A stretch of DNA of 64,000 nucleotides, from assembly GCF_009914755.1 (NCBI RefSeq), contig NC_060930.1; one strand, 5' to 3'. Source of the DNA: the human T2T-CHM13v2.0 reference genome, Homo sapiens. Both the position numbers and the translations under genes were made by a program. Under the pieces are notes generated by a model. That model searched no databases and had not been told where the DNA came from. It saw only the letters and a list, made by a program, of their open reading frames with translations. This document shows, piece by piece, positions 11,197 through 25,759 of the stretch (position 1 is the stretch's first letter; each line of letters begins with the position of its first letter).

Positions 11197-13151
11197 CACA
11201 GCATTGAGGAATAGCTCAGTCCTGAGGCATCCGATTTCCAACTGCAATGGTGGGTTTTTCACTGTTTATTTATTTTGGGGATGGGATGGCATGTGGTTTG
11301 CCTGGTACCTGTTTCGGTTCTCTTAGCTAGAACGCCTGCTTGTTGGGGCAATGCTGCGTGGCTGACTGGCAGTTACAGTCCCAGGGACGACAGGCTTGGT
11401 CAATCATAGAAAGTGAAAGTTTCCATGGAGAACCGTGTGATGCGCCTGGAAGGAATCATCATGGCAGGTAGAAAGGTGCTGAGAAATTCTGCACGGAGGA
11501 GATAGTTCAGTAAAAAGAGAGGTTCATAAGCAACTCCCAGGAGTAATCTTGTTGTGTCTAGAAGGAAGAGACAAGAAAAGCCATTTCTTCCAGATTCTTC
11601 CTTTTCAATTGAAGCCACAAGGCCCCTGGTGCACACTCAGCTGATGTTCTTTATGTTTCCTACTGTTTACTCTGAATTCTTCCTGAGGTTTTGCAGAGAA
11701 GCACTACATCAACACAATTTCTTTTATTACGATGCCATGTCATATCATATATCTCCTGTTCACATTAGGTTGACATGGTGCTGCGTTTGTGGATGAGCAT
11801 ATATGGATACATATTATCACAATCACTACAGAATAGCATTTATTGAGTGACCACTACACTATTAGATGCTGCAAACCGACATGTGAGAGCACAAATAACA
11901 ATTTAATAACAGAAAAAAATGACACTCCTTCTATTTAATCCAACTTGCAGAAAAACAAAACAAAATAACTACTCCATATTTCCTCTCCATGCCTGCTGTA
12001 CGGTGGCGAGAAAGACCTCTAAAATGCATAAAGCTCTTATCTTCGTTTATTCCCCAAAGAATAATAGATCAGTCAGAGCTCTGATGCTGTTTTAATAATG
12101 TACAATTTACAATTCATTGGTTACCAAGCACTCACAGTATAATTAATTTTGCAGACCTGTTCAGCAAATCCACATGGTTTTGTACAATATAGGGAGGAGG
12201 AGTGGTGGCAGTGGTGCCAGGAGGAGGGGGGCAGGAGTGGGGAAGGACGAAGGAGAAAACTGTCTTCTCTCCTTTTTCTTATTGAAGTAGCCGAGTCCTG
12301 CACCAGCTGGGCAGATTGGCAGATAACTGCCATGGCTGAATGAGAGACTCAGTCTGAGATAACAAATATCTCCCCACCGAAAAGTTTACACCAGCGAAAA
12401 CCGTGGTCCTGCGGGTACCCTGTTCAGTCTCATGGGGAGATCACACTAAGGAAACCTGCTGACCAAACCACAGAGCTACGTTAAGCATCTCTCTTCCAGA
12501 AAGGAAGTGATCCCCTCACAGACTGGAGTTGACCCACGAACTGCAATGCGCTTTAGGAGTCTGGCAGCTCTAGGGATCAGCTAGTTTTCTCAAAGGTGGC
12601 ATTATTTCTTTCTTTCCACACCTCCTCATTTATCAGCATATCTCTTGTGTTCTCCTCTTTCTCTTATTGGCTGTCTTTGCTTCATCAAAGTTTCTAATCC
12701 CCCTACATACAGCCCACCAAGGCCTCCTGCCCCAACTCTGCCCTAAGCAGCCCCCTTCCCATCATCTGAATATATGTCTTAGGATGCTTTTGTTCATATT
12801 TCCAAGAGAAAATCTGATTGGCCCAGCTAGTCTTTTTCTGAACAGGGTTATAGGTGCTGTTCAGCCTGAGGGTTTTCTGCCCTTCTGTAGGGTACCCACT
12901 TCTATCCCCATCAGCTGTGAGACGGACAGTGTGGGGTCACAGGATAAAAAAGAGGGGCCTGGGACTGCTCCTCCATCAGTAACTCTGGGCAAGGCAGGTT
13001 CTGCCCAGAGACACTCTGTCTAGGCACATGCCACAATGGGGCCAGGTGCACCTCAGACCCAAGTCTGTCCTTCAGGCGGCAGGGCCACGTTCTTGGGGCA
13101 GGCCCACAGGGGCCTGGAAGGAGGCAGAAAACTGCCTGCAATTTCCCCTGA

Positions 13152-13199
13152 TTTTCAGTGTATGTTTCCAAGTTTTTCAGTGTATGTTTTCCAAGTTTT
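13152..13199. repeat. ~22-bp tandem duplication
   Basis: TTTTCAGTGTATGTTTCCAAG repeated twice with a 1-nt indel. Confidence 0.85.
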
Positions 13200-14258
13200 A
13201 CCAGCTCCTAGACTCCTGCTAACCCTCTTTGAGAACTATCCTCAACATACACGCCCACACATACACAGGCACCCATGGGCACACACACGCATAGGCACCC
13301 AGACACACACACACATTGGGACTTGGCATCTCCTACTCTCAATCAGTCCCTGACCTCTGTCTAGCTCTGAATCTGCTCAGCTTTTCTTTCTATAGGGCTC
13401 TGGTACCTGTTCTATGTCCTCCCCAGCATCTGACCTCAGCCAAAATTGTTTTTTGCTGTGACTCTCTTGTCACATCAAGTGCCTTGAAGGGACTCCCATT
13501 TTCTAAACCACAGAGTCTATGACAGATGGACAAACACGTGTTACTGTCAGGGCATGCTGGGTCACAAACGATACGGAGCTGATGTCTATCAACTGTCTCA
13601 TGTCAGTTTACTCAACAGCATTTGGAGTATGATGTTTGGCCAACTTCTGTCAGAGTTACGAGGGCCTTCCTGTTGCTGCCTGTCACCCAAACACCTCAAA
13701 TTCTTAGGGTTTGCTTTGGTTTATGGCCAAAACATAGTCTTCAACCAAAATAAGCTTAATTTAGGATTCACTCGATCCTTCTTAATATTTTCATATTCAT
13801 CCCACTCTATCTTTTTGTGAAATTCTTTTCCCCTTGATCATTTTTTCATGTCTGACCTAATTTCTCCCTTCAGTCTTCAGGATCTCCTGATAATCATTTA
13901 TTCCATGGCAACTCCCTGATCTACCCATATGGCCCAGCAGGGTACAGTTTATTTTATTCCTTAAAAAGATTGCCTTCAATTCTGCACAGTCACATCTGAC
14001 TGTTGTTTTTTTTTTGTTTTTTTTTTTTTTGAGGCAACTGTCATGGGCATCCTAAGTGCCCCTGAAATAGAAGACCCTGATTTTCACTGGGAAGCAGATA
14101 CATGTGATCCCTTAGGGGAAGATGGAATCTTTTCTTACAGTAAGCAGGCATCACAGATAGCTTTATGTGTGGGCAGATGGGGACCCTGGTGCAAATTTAT
14201 AAAGTGCTGGGATGACTCATTGATTTTCAAAAGACCCTTCTGCCTATCTCCTAACTAA

Positions 14259-14597
14259 ATGGTTTCCTATCACATGGGGAGGTTTAAAAATTATGGATGC
14301 CAGTCACTCACTGGGATTAATGAAGTCAGAATGTCTGGAATTGGGGTCCAGACATGAGTATGTGTTTTAATTCCCTAAGTGGTTCTAATGTGTACCGTTG
14401 TTGAGAACTCTTCCTTAGTTCAGTGGTTTATAAACTTGGCTGCACATTGGAATCACCAGGGAGTTTTAAACAATACACACGCCTGGGTCTCATCCCTGGA
14501 GATTTTGACTTAATTAGTCTGGGTTTTGGCCTGGCCATTGATAGTTTCAAAGCTCCCCAAGGGGTTCTAATATGCAGCCAAGATTGAGAACAAGTAC
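14259..14597. mobile_element. Two adjacent MER5 (hAT-Charlie) MITEs, about 14259-14413 and 14420-14597
   Basis: CAGTGGTTTATAAACTTGGCTGCACATTGGAATCACCAGGGAG...TTCTAATATGCAGCCAAGATTGAGAAC, with a similar copy just upstream. Confidence 0.75.
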
Positions 14598-16369
14598 CTT
14601 AATGAACAACCTGAAACTTCAACATTGGGCTATCTAGGTAGCCTGTATTTTTACTTGCTAATCTTGGCCAATCCTATCCAGAAGGTTTCCAGAGAGCAGG
14701 TTGTGGGAGGGGAGCCTGGAAAAGGCACACAGACATGGAGACCCTGCGAGGAGGGCATGAGGAACACCATGGAAAGACCACAAGACGAAGAATGTTTATG
14801 CCAAACACAAAATTATTTTTGGCTATTGAACTCCTCTAAGTATGCATTCTGCCACATGTTAGAAGCAATCAACAGAATCTCCTCTCCCAACAGTTTAGAT
14901 GGCAGAGGGCATTGTTGGCTAGAATCCCACAAAACTCCACTGAGACCATCGCCAGCAGCAGACAGCTTCAGTTTAGAATCTTATACCTGCCTCAGCAACA
15001 ACTAGGAAGAGGTATAATCCACAGCTAATTTACTAACATTCTAAGTTTTTAAACCTAGCATTTACTATATTTAGAATTGTAAATTTGTGAACATTCTAAA
15101 TATAGAATTTAATCTGATCTCAAAAGGGAATTCAATTTTACTCAAAGGCCTGAAAATATCTGGTTTTGACTTAATGGTGATAGTAAGCTGCTTCTAGAGA
15201 GGCAGAACAAAAAAACCTTCAAAACTGGGGAGAGACAGGAGATAGGAAAATAAGTATGATAAAGCTTCCCTAAATCCCCAGTAAATCTATTTTAAGGCCT
15301 TGTATTCTTTTATACCTTTTCCCCCAACCTCCACATTAATTCACCTGTCATTTTTTCAAGGACATTTTACATTTCACTTTTCCTTTGCTTCTACATCTGT
15401 AGATACCCAGGGAATTTCCTCTCACCCAGTTTCCAAAACTTTTCCAAACCAAATGCACTTACACCTGGTAATGTGTAATGCCAGTATGCCTAGGAGAACT
15501 GGGTCTCTGTCCAGAAATCCTTCCGTGGACTCCTGAGATGCAATACACATCAACCTATTAGGTTACCAGGGTCTAGAAAATCAAGTGTACTTAGGGACAT
15601 TGTTTCTGTTCCACTTCAAATGATATTGAGATGGTTCAGTCTGGCTGAGCATGAAGTCAATATCCCAGAAGAGTATGGAAGTATTTCTCTCACAGATTAC
15701 CTGGGTATGCACCTGGTTCCCTGTCAGGTTCTCCCTGGTTCATTTCCCTAAAATTCTCTCATCATCATCTCACTGCCTCATCCAGTCACTCCGGGAGTGA
15801 CCCTTTCCCAGGCACCTTTGATGTCATTCGACCCTGGGTCTGACCACTGCCTGAGACCCCCGTCACCCTGCAAGCCCTATCTTTTTAAAATGGAAATGGT
15901 ATTGCCTTTCCAGAGATCATCTAAAAAAGAATTTCAGGAAAGTACTCTTTGCATTCCAGCATAAGTAAAGAGAGTGGAACTCTTCTGCAGCTGGGCAAAA
16001 CCATCTAAGTGTTAAAAATAAGAGACATTCTTCCTCCTTTTTGCACTGGGCATGCCAAACCTCCCCCTCACACAGTCACATCTCAAGGCTGTAACTCAGC
16101 AGATATGAGCAGTCGGTTTGCAATGACAACATCAGGTACCAAGGCTGTTCAGTTTATCCATCTCCCCAAATCAACTTTTTACAAGATCTCTTCCCATCTC
16201 TCCCTCTGCATAAAATTAAAACCCCTGGAACTCAGAGGAGCCAAGCTAGCCACCAGGAAGCACACACTTGGACAAGTAAGGAGCTGCCAATCATTTTAAG
16301 ACCTGTTGGGCAAGCTTATCAGGTTCCCGATTCCTCCAGTATAAAATGCCTGGCGGTTTCAATGATCGA

Positions 16370-16900
16370 GATAAGCACAGCTGTAATCTACCATGATCCA
16401 GAGCTTATTCACAGATCACAGCTGTGTAATTTCAGGTAACATGCTTCCCTTGTTTGGATTTGTTTAACATTGTTAAATATATAGTCAGACCATCTGCACA
16501 GTATTTTTTTTAAATTGGAAATTACAACCATAACTTCCTTTTTATATATCAATAAACTAAACAGCAAAATTTCAAAGGGATCCTTCTGCACCAAGCAGTG
16601 AAGCAGAATGCCTGTCCCACGCCACACCACTGCCTAATTGCACACTAATTGGACAAACGTGATTAAATATTTCAAGATCTTTACTAATTGCCTCTATTTT
16701 AGCTTTAAAATTTGCTTGCCACCAACAAATTTAATGACACTGGTGTCTAGTCATCAGCAAAAAGCCCAAGAGTTGCTCTTTAAAATGTACCTAGTCAGAA
16801 TATTTACTGATTGTGCATTGTTTCCAATGTAGCTTAATTAGAAATCCAATCAGTTCGCTAAGTCTAATTATACTTGATTTGTAGATTCAGACTATGATAC
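16370..16900. promoter_or_regulatory. Candidate developmental enhancer (homeodomain/SOX/E-box cluster)
   Basis: CTAATTG x3 (16634, 16645, 16684), TTAATTA, CTAATTA, CATTGTT x2, CAGCTG x2 in unique sequence. Confidence 0.4.
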
Positions 16901-18030
16901 ATAATGAAGCCAAGCAGCTAACAGTAAACGTGCCTGAAATGTAACAATAAGAGAAATATTTTTTAATGTACGTCTTGTCACTTTAGAAAATCAAGTAATA
17001 CACACGATCTTTCACGATGGGGATTTTGGAGGTTTGAGCTTTGCAAAGTTTCCATGAACCAGATTCCAATTCCACTGGGAAGAGCTGCTTTGAAAGATGA
17101 TGGCCAGAAAATATTTCTATGTCTCCATATTAAAGATTAAAAAGAAAAAAGAAACAATTGCTTTCTTCACACTGACTCTGTGAGAAACTTTTGTGGCATT
17201 ATTTCACAGAAGTTGATTTGATGAAACTGATATGGTTAAAATAGATACATCTTATTTTAAAAATTATCCTCCCAGAAATTTGATTTAGCTATCTTGGAAA
17301 ATGCCTTATCCGATGCCTAAAAACCACAATGCTTATATAAGCAAATATTCAAATTTGTGTGGGCATAAGTGTGTATATACACAATATTTTACAAGAGAAA
17401 ACATTTCTATACATATTATCGTATGCCTGCAATAATTTGCAACCAACTGTTGCTGTGTGAAGACAGGCTAGGTGAGGTGGAGAAAGGCAAGAAAGCTTTA
17501 TTATTTTCAATGCGGATTAAAATAACAACCACCATTGACTCAATCATCCAAATAGTTTGAGACAAAGCAGTATTGAGAGAGCCCTAAATACCCCTCACAC
17601 TATGACCCAGAATTCAAGCATCTCCCTGTTGGCATTCGGCACACAGACATGGTATAATCACTAAATGGGTTTGATGCTGAAAACTGGACATCTCACCTCA
17701 CCTTGCAATTGTCATCTGCCAAAAAAGGCCATGTTTGGGAACCGTAAGGATGCTGGTGATAATGCTGGTTCAAAACAAATCTCCAGAGTCAAGTTCATTT
17801 CATTTTCATTTTAAACACAGTGGGAGAAATCAATAGGTGAATCAGAATGGGTATAAAGGAAATGCAATTTCTAAGCTTTGGGGATTATAATATAAACATA
17901 ATAGAGGATGACTCAAAACAACCTGAAACTCTAAATTAATTACTGTTGACTGTTCAACAATAGACTATTACTTTAGCATATTTATCTTTCTTTTAATGGA
18001 AAACTTATCATTTTCTAACAACATAGCCTA

Positions 18031-18467
<437 letters not shown>

Positions 18468-21400
18468 GAGTTTTGCAATAAAATTGCTCCATTGTGTGTG
18501 TACATATGCACACACACACATACGTCTGCACAGACACCCATATGCAAAATTTTTAAAGATTTTTGGATGAATTCCTGATTTTTCTTTTTCCTTTTTTTTT
18601 CAAAAGCACTTCATAGCATGTACTGAACCTGGAGAGTTTTCCTTTGCTTTCAGTTCTTTGCCTTCTGACATGGGTCCAAATCAATGTAGCTTCTAGCCAG
18701 GACCTTTGTTTATACTGTGCCCTGTGTAGCTCTTACTTTTCCCCTGTACTCTGGTGTAAGGCCTTATTGATTAATTTCTCAGCATTTAAGCAAAATGCTA
18801 AAAACAGAGTTTGTTGGTTGATTTGTTTTTCAATCAGAATTCATCACACTGACCTTTGGGTTAACAGAGAAAGTCCTCATTGGCCTCATTTGAGCATAAC
18901 ACTATAGAAAGTCTCTTCTTGACCTGTCTTCCCAAGGACGGATTGCTTTGGGAATATTGCCACCTGGATTATCCAGCACAGAGAGGTATGGAAGCAGGGA
19001 CAAGACACAAATCTTATTATTTCTCTAGGCTGAAGCAGGCAGGTCTCACCACCTTCCTTAATTGATTGAGGTGAGAGAAAAGAAGATGTAAATACAAAAT
19101 CTAGACTCTCCTTCAGATCAGCTATTCAAAAGCAAAAGTTGGCAACCATATTACCCATTTAAAAAGCATGGTTTCTGTATGTAATTGTCATGAACTGAAA
19201 CAAAATAATTTTTTTAATGTTGCAAAAAATAATAAGAATATAGAAAAGCATATCTTCACGAAGTCCTAGGAGATGAGCTAAGAAAAGAACCTCCTGGTGC
19301 AGTCTTCTCACTTCTAAATGTCAGAGAATTTCTAAAGGAGTGTTTTGTTCCCTTTTTTCCTCACAGCTTAGTTTTATCTTTTCCTCTTCTTATTAATAAG
19401 GCCTGGCCCCTCGTTAACATGCAGCCGGAACCTAATGAGCCTTGCAGACTCCTGTAATTTCTTCACTGTTGAAAATGCCTGACACTAATCTATGCCATTT
19501 ATACTAATAAGAGGTGGATCAGCTGATATTTGGTGCAATGAAAATATGCTAAATATACTTTATTGAATTGCACATAGTTAGTTCTTCCCAGTTCACTGTA
19601 TTACGGCAACAGATGCACAGTCATTACCTCTGCGCTCTATGTGTGGCAAAACCTTTGGTTTGAATAAATAAGAGAAGAAGGAGCCAGATACTTGATATGT
19701 TAGCTTCCTTTTTTTTTTATTTATTTTCATGCTGACAATATTGACTTTCAAACTCCCACCTCAGAAAAGCCATCTTTTAGGTGATTTTCAAAGCACAAAT
19801 AACAGTGCTTCCTATTGAAACGGCAATGAACTGAAGATCTGACCTAATCTACGATATTTTATATGACGTGGACTTTAATGAATGCTAAATTTAAGTGGAT
19901 TTTGCATAGAGCTTATCAATTACATCCATAAGGATCCCAAAAGTATGAATCTTGGTGATTCATACCTTTCTAGTGAATACCAAAAAAAGTGCCCAATTTT
20001 AATCTATGTTGAATATCTTGTTATTATTATATTAGGCAAAAGCAACCTTTTAAAATTTTTGCATTACCAGTCTAATTTTTTTTGATGACTCTGTCGTATT
20101 TGCGTTTCTTCTCTTACTTGAGAGGCACATGACTGAGGAGACAGACTGCAGGTGTTAGTAAATGTTTCCAACACTTATGTCAATACCTGTATTTGGCTCA
20201 GACATCACAAACCAGAGGGTGCTTTTTAAAACCTTATTTAAAATCTACATATTTATTCAAAACACTCAGCTATCGTTGCATCTTCTGAGATGTGCTGTGA
20301 ATAAGATAGAGGCTTAAGGGTCCTGAACTAAACATTTATACCTGTGGACCCACAATACATAATAGCCTCCAATAAGTGAATTCCCTAGTAAGTAAGTTCA
20401 CCAGGGTAGGATTAGTCTTTTGAGGGAAGTTGATTACATCATTAAAATTTCTCATTAACTATGCTCATATTTGACCAAAGATTTAGGAAAAGGATAGTAA
20501 AACAATTCAGAAGGCAGAGACGAGGTGAAAATGTCAAATAGCATCCAAAACCTCAGTTCCTCCATGATAATAGTATTTTTCTCTTAACAGGACTTACATT
20601 TGAAAATAGTCGCAAGCTATTCAATGATGAAGAAAGAAAACTGTAATACGCATTGCTATTTAAACATATTTCCCATGTACCCACCTGGTAGCCAGCACTC
20701 TTGACTGTCTCCTGACCAATATTTTCTTGGAACATGTTTCATGTTTGTCTGGGCAGTATATCTTGCACTTATCCACAAGCATATTTCTTTCAGATTTCCA
20801 AATGTCCTCTGATTTATCCTCTAAGAGAATCATGAGTCCCTTCCATCTATACCTCTTCCCTTGGACAATTACTTTATCTGTGCCTTCTAGAATCTGTTGT
20901 CTCTTAACCTTTGCCAGCACAGGTGCAGTAACTCCCCAAAGATTAAGAGTCTGATTGTAGGTGTGATTGAAATTTGCTTGGCTTCCCTTCAGAATCCAGT
21001 GCCCTAGCCTACTAAATCACCTCCTATAATCTTGTGCACTTAGGCAAAGCAAACAAAATAATCTGCCAGGAAACACTAATGGTGGAGTGTCAACACAGAC
21101 ATCGTTTGTATTAACTGTCCTATTATTATTGCCCTGCTCCTTAAATCCAATCAAACTTCAATTCCCATTCTGCAGGGGCTGGGTGTTAATTAGAATGAAT
21201 GTGTGTTTGCATGTACCTATGTGCACACACACATGCCCCTTTGTATACCCATATACCCCTCACGCATGCATGTGTGTGCCCATGGATGCAGGTCTCATTA
21301 CTAATTAATTTAACTTCCAAGTGCTGCCCCGTATTTCCAATTTGTCGTTCCAATGCACAAAAGCATATATTCTGCATGCATGTCTTCTGCCCCAGATCTC

Positions 21401-21579
21401 GACATTTTCTAACAGATGTTAGCTAATGTGGTTGTAGAAGGTTCACTGTGGATGCTGCGAGCCCAATAAATCTTCCTCTTAAATGTAGGCACTCCACCAT
21501 CCCAGCATCTTATACCTATAATACATTTTAATTACTTGGTTATTCAAGTTATACTAAATTAGATTTGCACAGAACAACA

Positions 21580-22350
21580 CCATGGATTTCTCAATTTAAA
21601 TTTAATCCGCCACAAACAACCTAAAATCGGCAAGTGCGCTTTTATTAGAACTTGCAGGAGCCACTGAAGTCTGATACCTTTAAAATTATTAAGTGACAAA
21701 GATTACTAGCACTAAGGTTCTACTTTGCTTCCCCATTAGCCATTTAGGTGACAGCTGCTGTATTACACATAAAGATGAACCATTCCTTGAGGGATGATAG
21801 TGGCTCCGCTGTGACACTGCTGGCATAAAGCATTATCAGACCATGGCTGAGCTTGGAGCCACCGAAGTCTCCTAGGCACCTATCAGTACCCTCATTATCT
21901 GCATCACAGAGTGCCGAGAACGAACACTGCCAGGCCTCACAGCTTCGCAGCTCATTTGAGAAGCGGAAATTAAATGTCCCAGGAGAGAAAACAGGCACAC
22001 TGTAACAGCATCGGCGCTGTACACCAATAACATGTCGACCGCTGTAGCACTGACTTCTATCTCATTAATTTAATAGGCTCCTGGAATGAGGATGGGAAGG
22101 TAGAGAGGCAGCCTTGACAAGGAGATTACTGAGCAGCGCCGGCATTGTGTGTTTTGCGAGCTCGTAACAGAACGAGGACTTGCTGGAGGTATCACAGCTC
22201 TTCAGATATTTGTTGGGGCTTTTAGAAGCGCTGCACAGCAAAAAGAAATGATGGGTGGGAGAGAGAAAAAGAGAGAAGGGGAGATCACAGAACAGGAGCA
22301 AAATTAGCTGATCATAAACATGATCTATGTTTATATTATGCAGCATTCCA
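21580..22350. promoter_or_regulatory. Candidate conserved non-coding element/enhancer
   Basis: No recognisable repeat; retains many CpGs; TAAT/ATTA and E-box motifs. Confidence 0.4.
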
Positions 22351-23079
22351 ATGTAAGGTGAAGAAAGCGAAGAAGGCTAGAGATAAAGGCACTCTCTGCA
22401 CACAGAAAAAAAAAAATCCCTGATCGTGTGTGTGTGTGCATGTGTGTTGGAGGAGCCTATTGAACAGAAGCCTTTGCCCTGATGAAACTGTTTCTATAGC
22501 ACCATTTTCATAAAATTCAGAAATGCTTTTGCTGCAGAAATATCAGCTCCTTTATGACCAGAGTGACACCAAGCAAAACAAAGCTAAGAGCCAAGAGACT
22601 ATTCGGATAAGTCAGACCAAAGAAATTTTCCCTTAAGCAAAACATGATGGCTGAAGTCTCCAGGTGATGGAAACAACAGTGTTTTTTCACCTGGAATCAT
22701 CAGATCATGCTCTCAATTCTCAGCCGGGTAGACCCACCCTTCATATAGGATTCAGATCCCTGCTCAACCAGAGAGAGGCAAGACAGTCAGACTCCAAGAT
22801 AATCAAGATAGATTTTTGTACACTGGATTTTTATTTTTAATAACTGTTCTCCATCGTTGTCATTTGTTTAAAGGCCTCGAGAGAAACAAAGATCAAGAAA
22901 TCCAGTCTCCTCTACCTTTTGACATTGCTGAGAATGGCTCTTTGTGTATTGGTTAAAGGAACAACAAGGCAAGACGTGGTGACTTTTGTGGTTATGAGTA
23001 ATTAGCAATGGTATTTATAGCATCCTGGGTAAATCTCTGATCAGTGTGATCTTTGTCTTCATGCTGCAGCCTGACAGAA

Positions 23080-23345
23080 TTACAGGATAGTGGAAAGAGT
23101 GCTTGCTGTTTCCAGTATCAGGGAAATAGGTTTCGTATACCAGCTGCAATATTTACTTGCTGTGTGTCTTTGGGCAAGTCACTTTACCTCTCTGAGCCTC
23201 AGGGGTTTTGGGTTGTTTTTTCTGTTTTTGTTGTTGTTGTTGTTTTGTAAGTAAGAAGAGAGGACTGACACCTCCCTCTTCACCTGGCTGTGAGAATTAA
23301 GATAATGTAAATGAAAATCATTGGTATGGTATGCTAGTGTTCAAA
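23080..23345 (+). mobile_element. MIR SINE
   Basis: TGTGTGTCTTTGGGCAAGTCACTTTACCTCTCTGAGCCTCAG core. Confidence 0.8.
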
Positions 23346-23755
23346 GTTGTTTCATCAGATCAGACCCTATATTACTGATTTATCCTCCTCTGTGTTCAAA
23401 AATAGATTTCTGAGGGAATACCCACTGTAAGGGAGGAGGGGAGCTTTAATAAAGAGAGGCAACTAATGAAAAGCAGGGGGTAGCATGAACAGAGAGGCTC
23501 TTTCTGTCGTACATCTGGCTCCCAGGGGCCCGTTTTTCCTGGTGGGGATGTTCTCAAGCTGCATCAGTCATAGGTTGCTTGGGGATCTGAAGAATGCTGA
23601 GGACCTCTTTGCTTAGAAAAAAATTCACTAGTGCTTATAATTTCAGAGATTCACAGACTTCCAGCCATGGACCCCAGGTTAATAAAACTTGTTACAGAGA
23701 AAGGGTATGTTGTGAGACTTTATGTGATATCAGAAGAGAAATCAACCCAGTCCTC

Positions 23756-23815
23756 CACACACACACACACACAGACGCATGAACACACACATGCGCGCAT
23801 GCACACACACACACT
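23756..23815. repeat. Imperfect (CA)n microsatellite
   Basis: Direct reading. Confidence 0.9.
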
Positions 23816-25250
23816 CTCTGGATAATCCAAGCCCTTTTTTGTAGTGACGCAAGTGAATTACAGAGTTCTGAGGATCACAGGCCATCAGCATTCTCCTGTT
23901 TCCGATTTTGTGCGAAACCCCTATCCTTTTCCACCTTTAGGATGAGGATATACTTGAATGTTGAACTCCTGAAGGCTTGAGGCCAGTCCTCTTCCTGGAC
24001 CACTGGAATGTCAGGAGCTAAAATAGCTCCGTACCAATCACCTTGATGGACGGTGAGCTGTGGCGAGGACAGCTGGGGTGTTTCTGTCTTGTCAGAGTGT
24101 CCCCACCTTCAGCAAGGAGCTGGGGTTTCACCTACTGAAGACTGGCCCCATTTAGTCCAGTGTTCGTCTCTGGTTCTTTTCCCAGCAGAAGACTAGATTC
24201 CTGACCCCCAGTTCAGACTTGGAAAACTGGAACTTCTGCCATGTCCAGTCGCCAGCCTCTTCTGCACATCCTGCTCGCCTCTCCCAGACACTTCCTATTC
24301 CTATTGCTGCCACCTGCCCAGGTAGCCTGTCCCATCTGGTGGCCTGAGGGCAGCACAAAGTCTCTAGATACTAGCTGGTCCTTTGTCTGACAGGCTCTGG
24401 ACACAATGGACACTCAATAACTATTCTTAAATAAATGACCTAATAATATATTAAAGAAAAGGGATGGAGGAGGAAGAGGAAAAGAATAAAAGGTGGACAG
24501 GGGTTAATAGGGGCTTGGGTGGGGAAGAAGTGTCACCACAGCTGTCACCTGCTAAGTGTTAGAATAAAGTGACAATCTCAAAATGTCATACTACTTTTTC
24601 CTACTCCACTTCAAATACAAGTTTCCTGAATATTGATGGGAGTGGAGGAAGACAAGAGACGACGCCCTACAAGGGAAAGCCCACAGAGGACACTGTGGCC
24701 ATGCCTCCCCTTCCTACATTCTGTCCTGTTCCCCTGGCAGAAGGGAGTTTGTCATTCATGAGAGCATCATGACCCCACTAAGAAAGGGTGATGCTTTCCC
24801 CAACATGTATCAATCATGCAATAGTAGACCTGCTTATTACTTGCAAAGGGAATGTGTTCCTTCAAAGCCCTCCTTGAAGACCTATAGAACAGCCCCCAGG
24901 AAACTCCCCACACTGTACATGAAAATCTGCTTTGCCAGAACGTGTCTCCTGTTCCACATAAAGCTCACCTTGACCCACAAAGTTATTCCTCCTACTGAAA
25001 AAAAATAAGGGGAGGCACTGTGACTACTTCTCATTATTGCAGAAAAGTTACAGACTCCAGATAAAAGACTGCACTGCTCTTTGTCTATGAAACCTACCTG
25101 GAAAAACAGAAATCTGATCAACCAACCACGACTGTATGGTCTTAGAGACACACTTGCCCTGAGCAGGATATTCTGTCAGAAATTAAATCCAGGTTACCTA
25201 TAGAACAAACAGACAAGCATCTGCAATGACAACAGCCTGACACTCTAACC

Positions 25251-25463
25251 CAGTGGTTCTAAATCAAGCGTAGTTGTGCCCCCTAGGGACATTTGGTAAT
25301 ATCTGGACACATTTTTAGTCGTCACAACCAGGGGGTGCTACTAGCGTCTAGAGGGTGGAGGTCAGAGATAACCGAGAAACCCCCTACAATGCACGGGACA
25401 GCTTTCCGCAACGAAGCATTATCCAGCCCAAAATGTCAATAGCGCTGAGGTTGAGAAAGCTCA
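25251..25463 (+). mobile_element. MER20 (hAT-Charlie)
   Basis: CAGTGGTTCT...GGGACATTTGG...CCAGCCCAAAATGTCAATAGCGCTGAGGTTGAGAAA. Confidence 0.85.
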
Positions 25464-25759
25464 GCCTAGTTGAGGTGAACTACACTCACTAGTTCTTTTG
25501 TTTGTTTGTTTCCAGCAACATTCTACCCTTCCCATCTTCTTCACTTCCTGGCTTCTCCTGCCTCATCTACCATATTTATTTCTTTCTCACGCTCTGACCC
25601 AGACTTCAGCCAAGCTCCAAGCTATATATATACAAATTTTGACCCTGACCCCAATTTTTTTTTCTTTTGACTGTACCACAGTGACTAAAATTTCTACTTC
25701 AATCATGCATTGACATAAAAGAGCTTAACATATCAAAGTTCTCGCAATAGGAAAGCTTC

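Noticed and set aside
12480-13030. Possible old MLT1-type LTR
   Set aside because: Only a short AATCTGATTGGCCCAGCT resemblance; boundaries not supportable.
22065-22346. 93-aa minus-strand ORF in the CpG-retaining block
   Set aside because: No recognisable protein similarity; the N-terminal part is a pyrimidine tract; better explained as non-coding.
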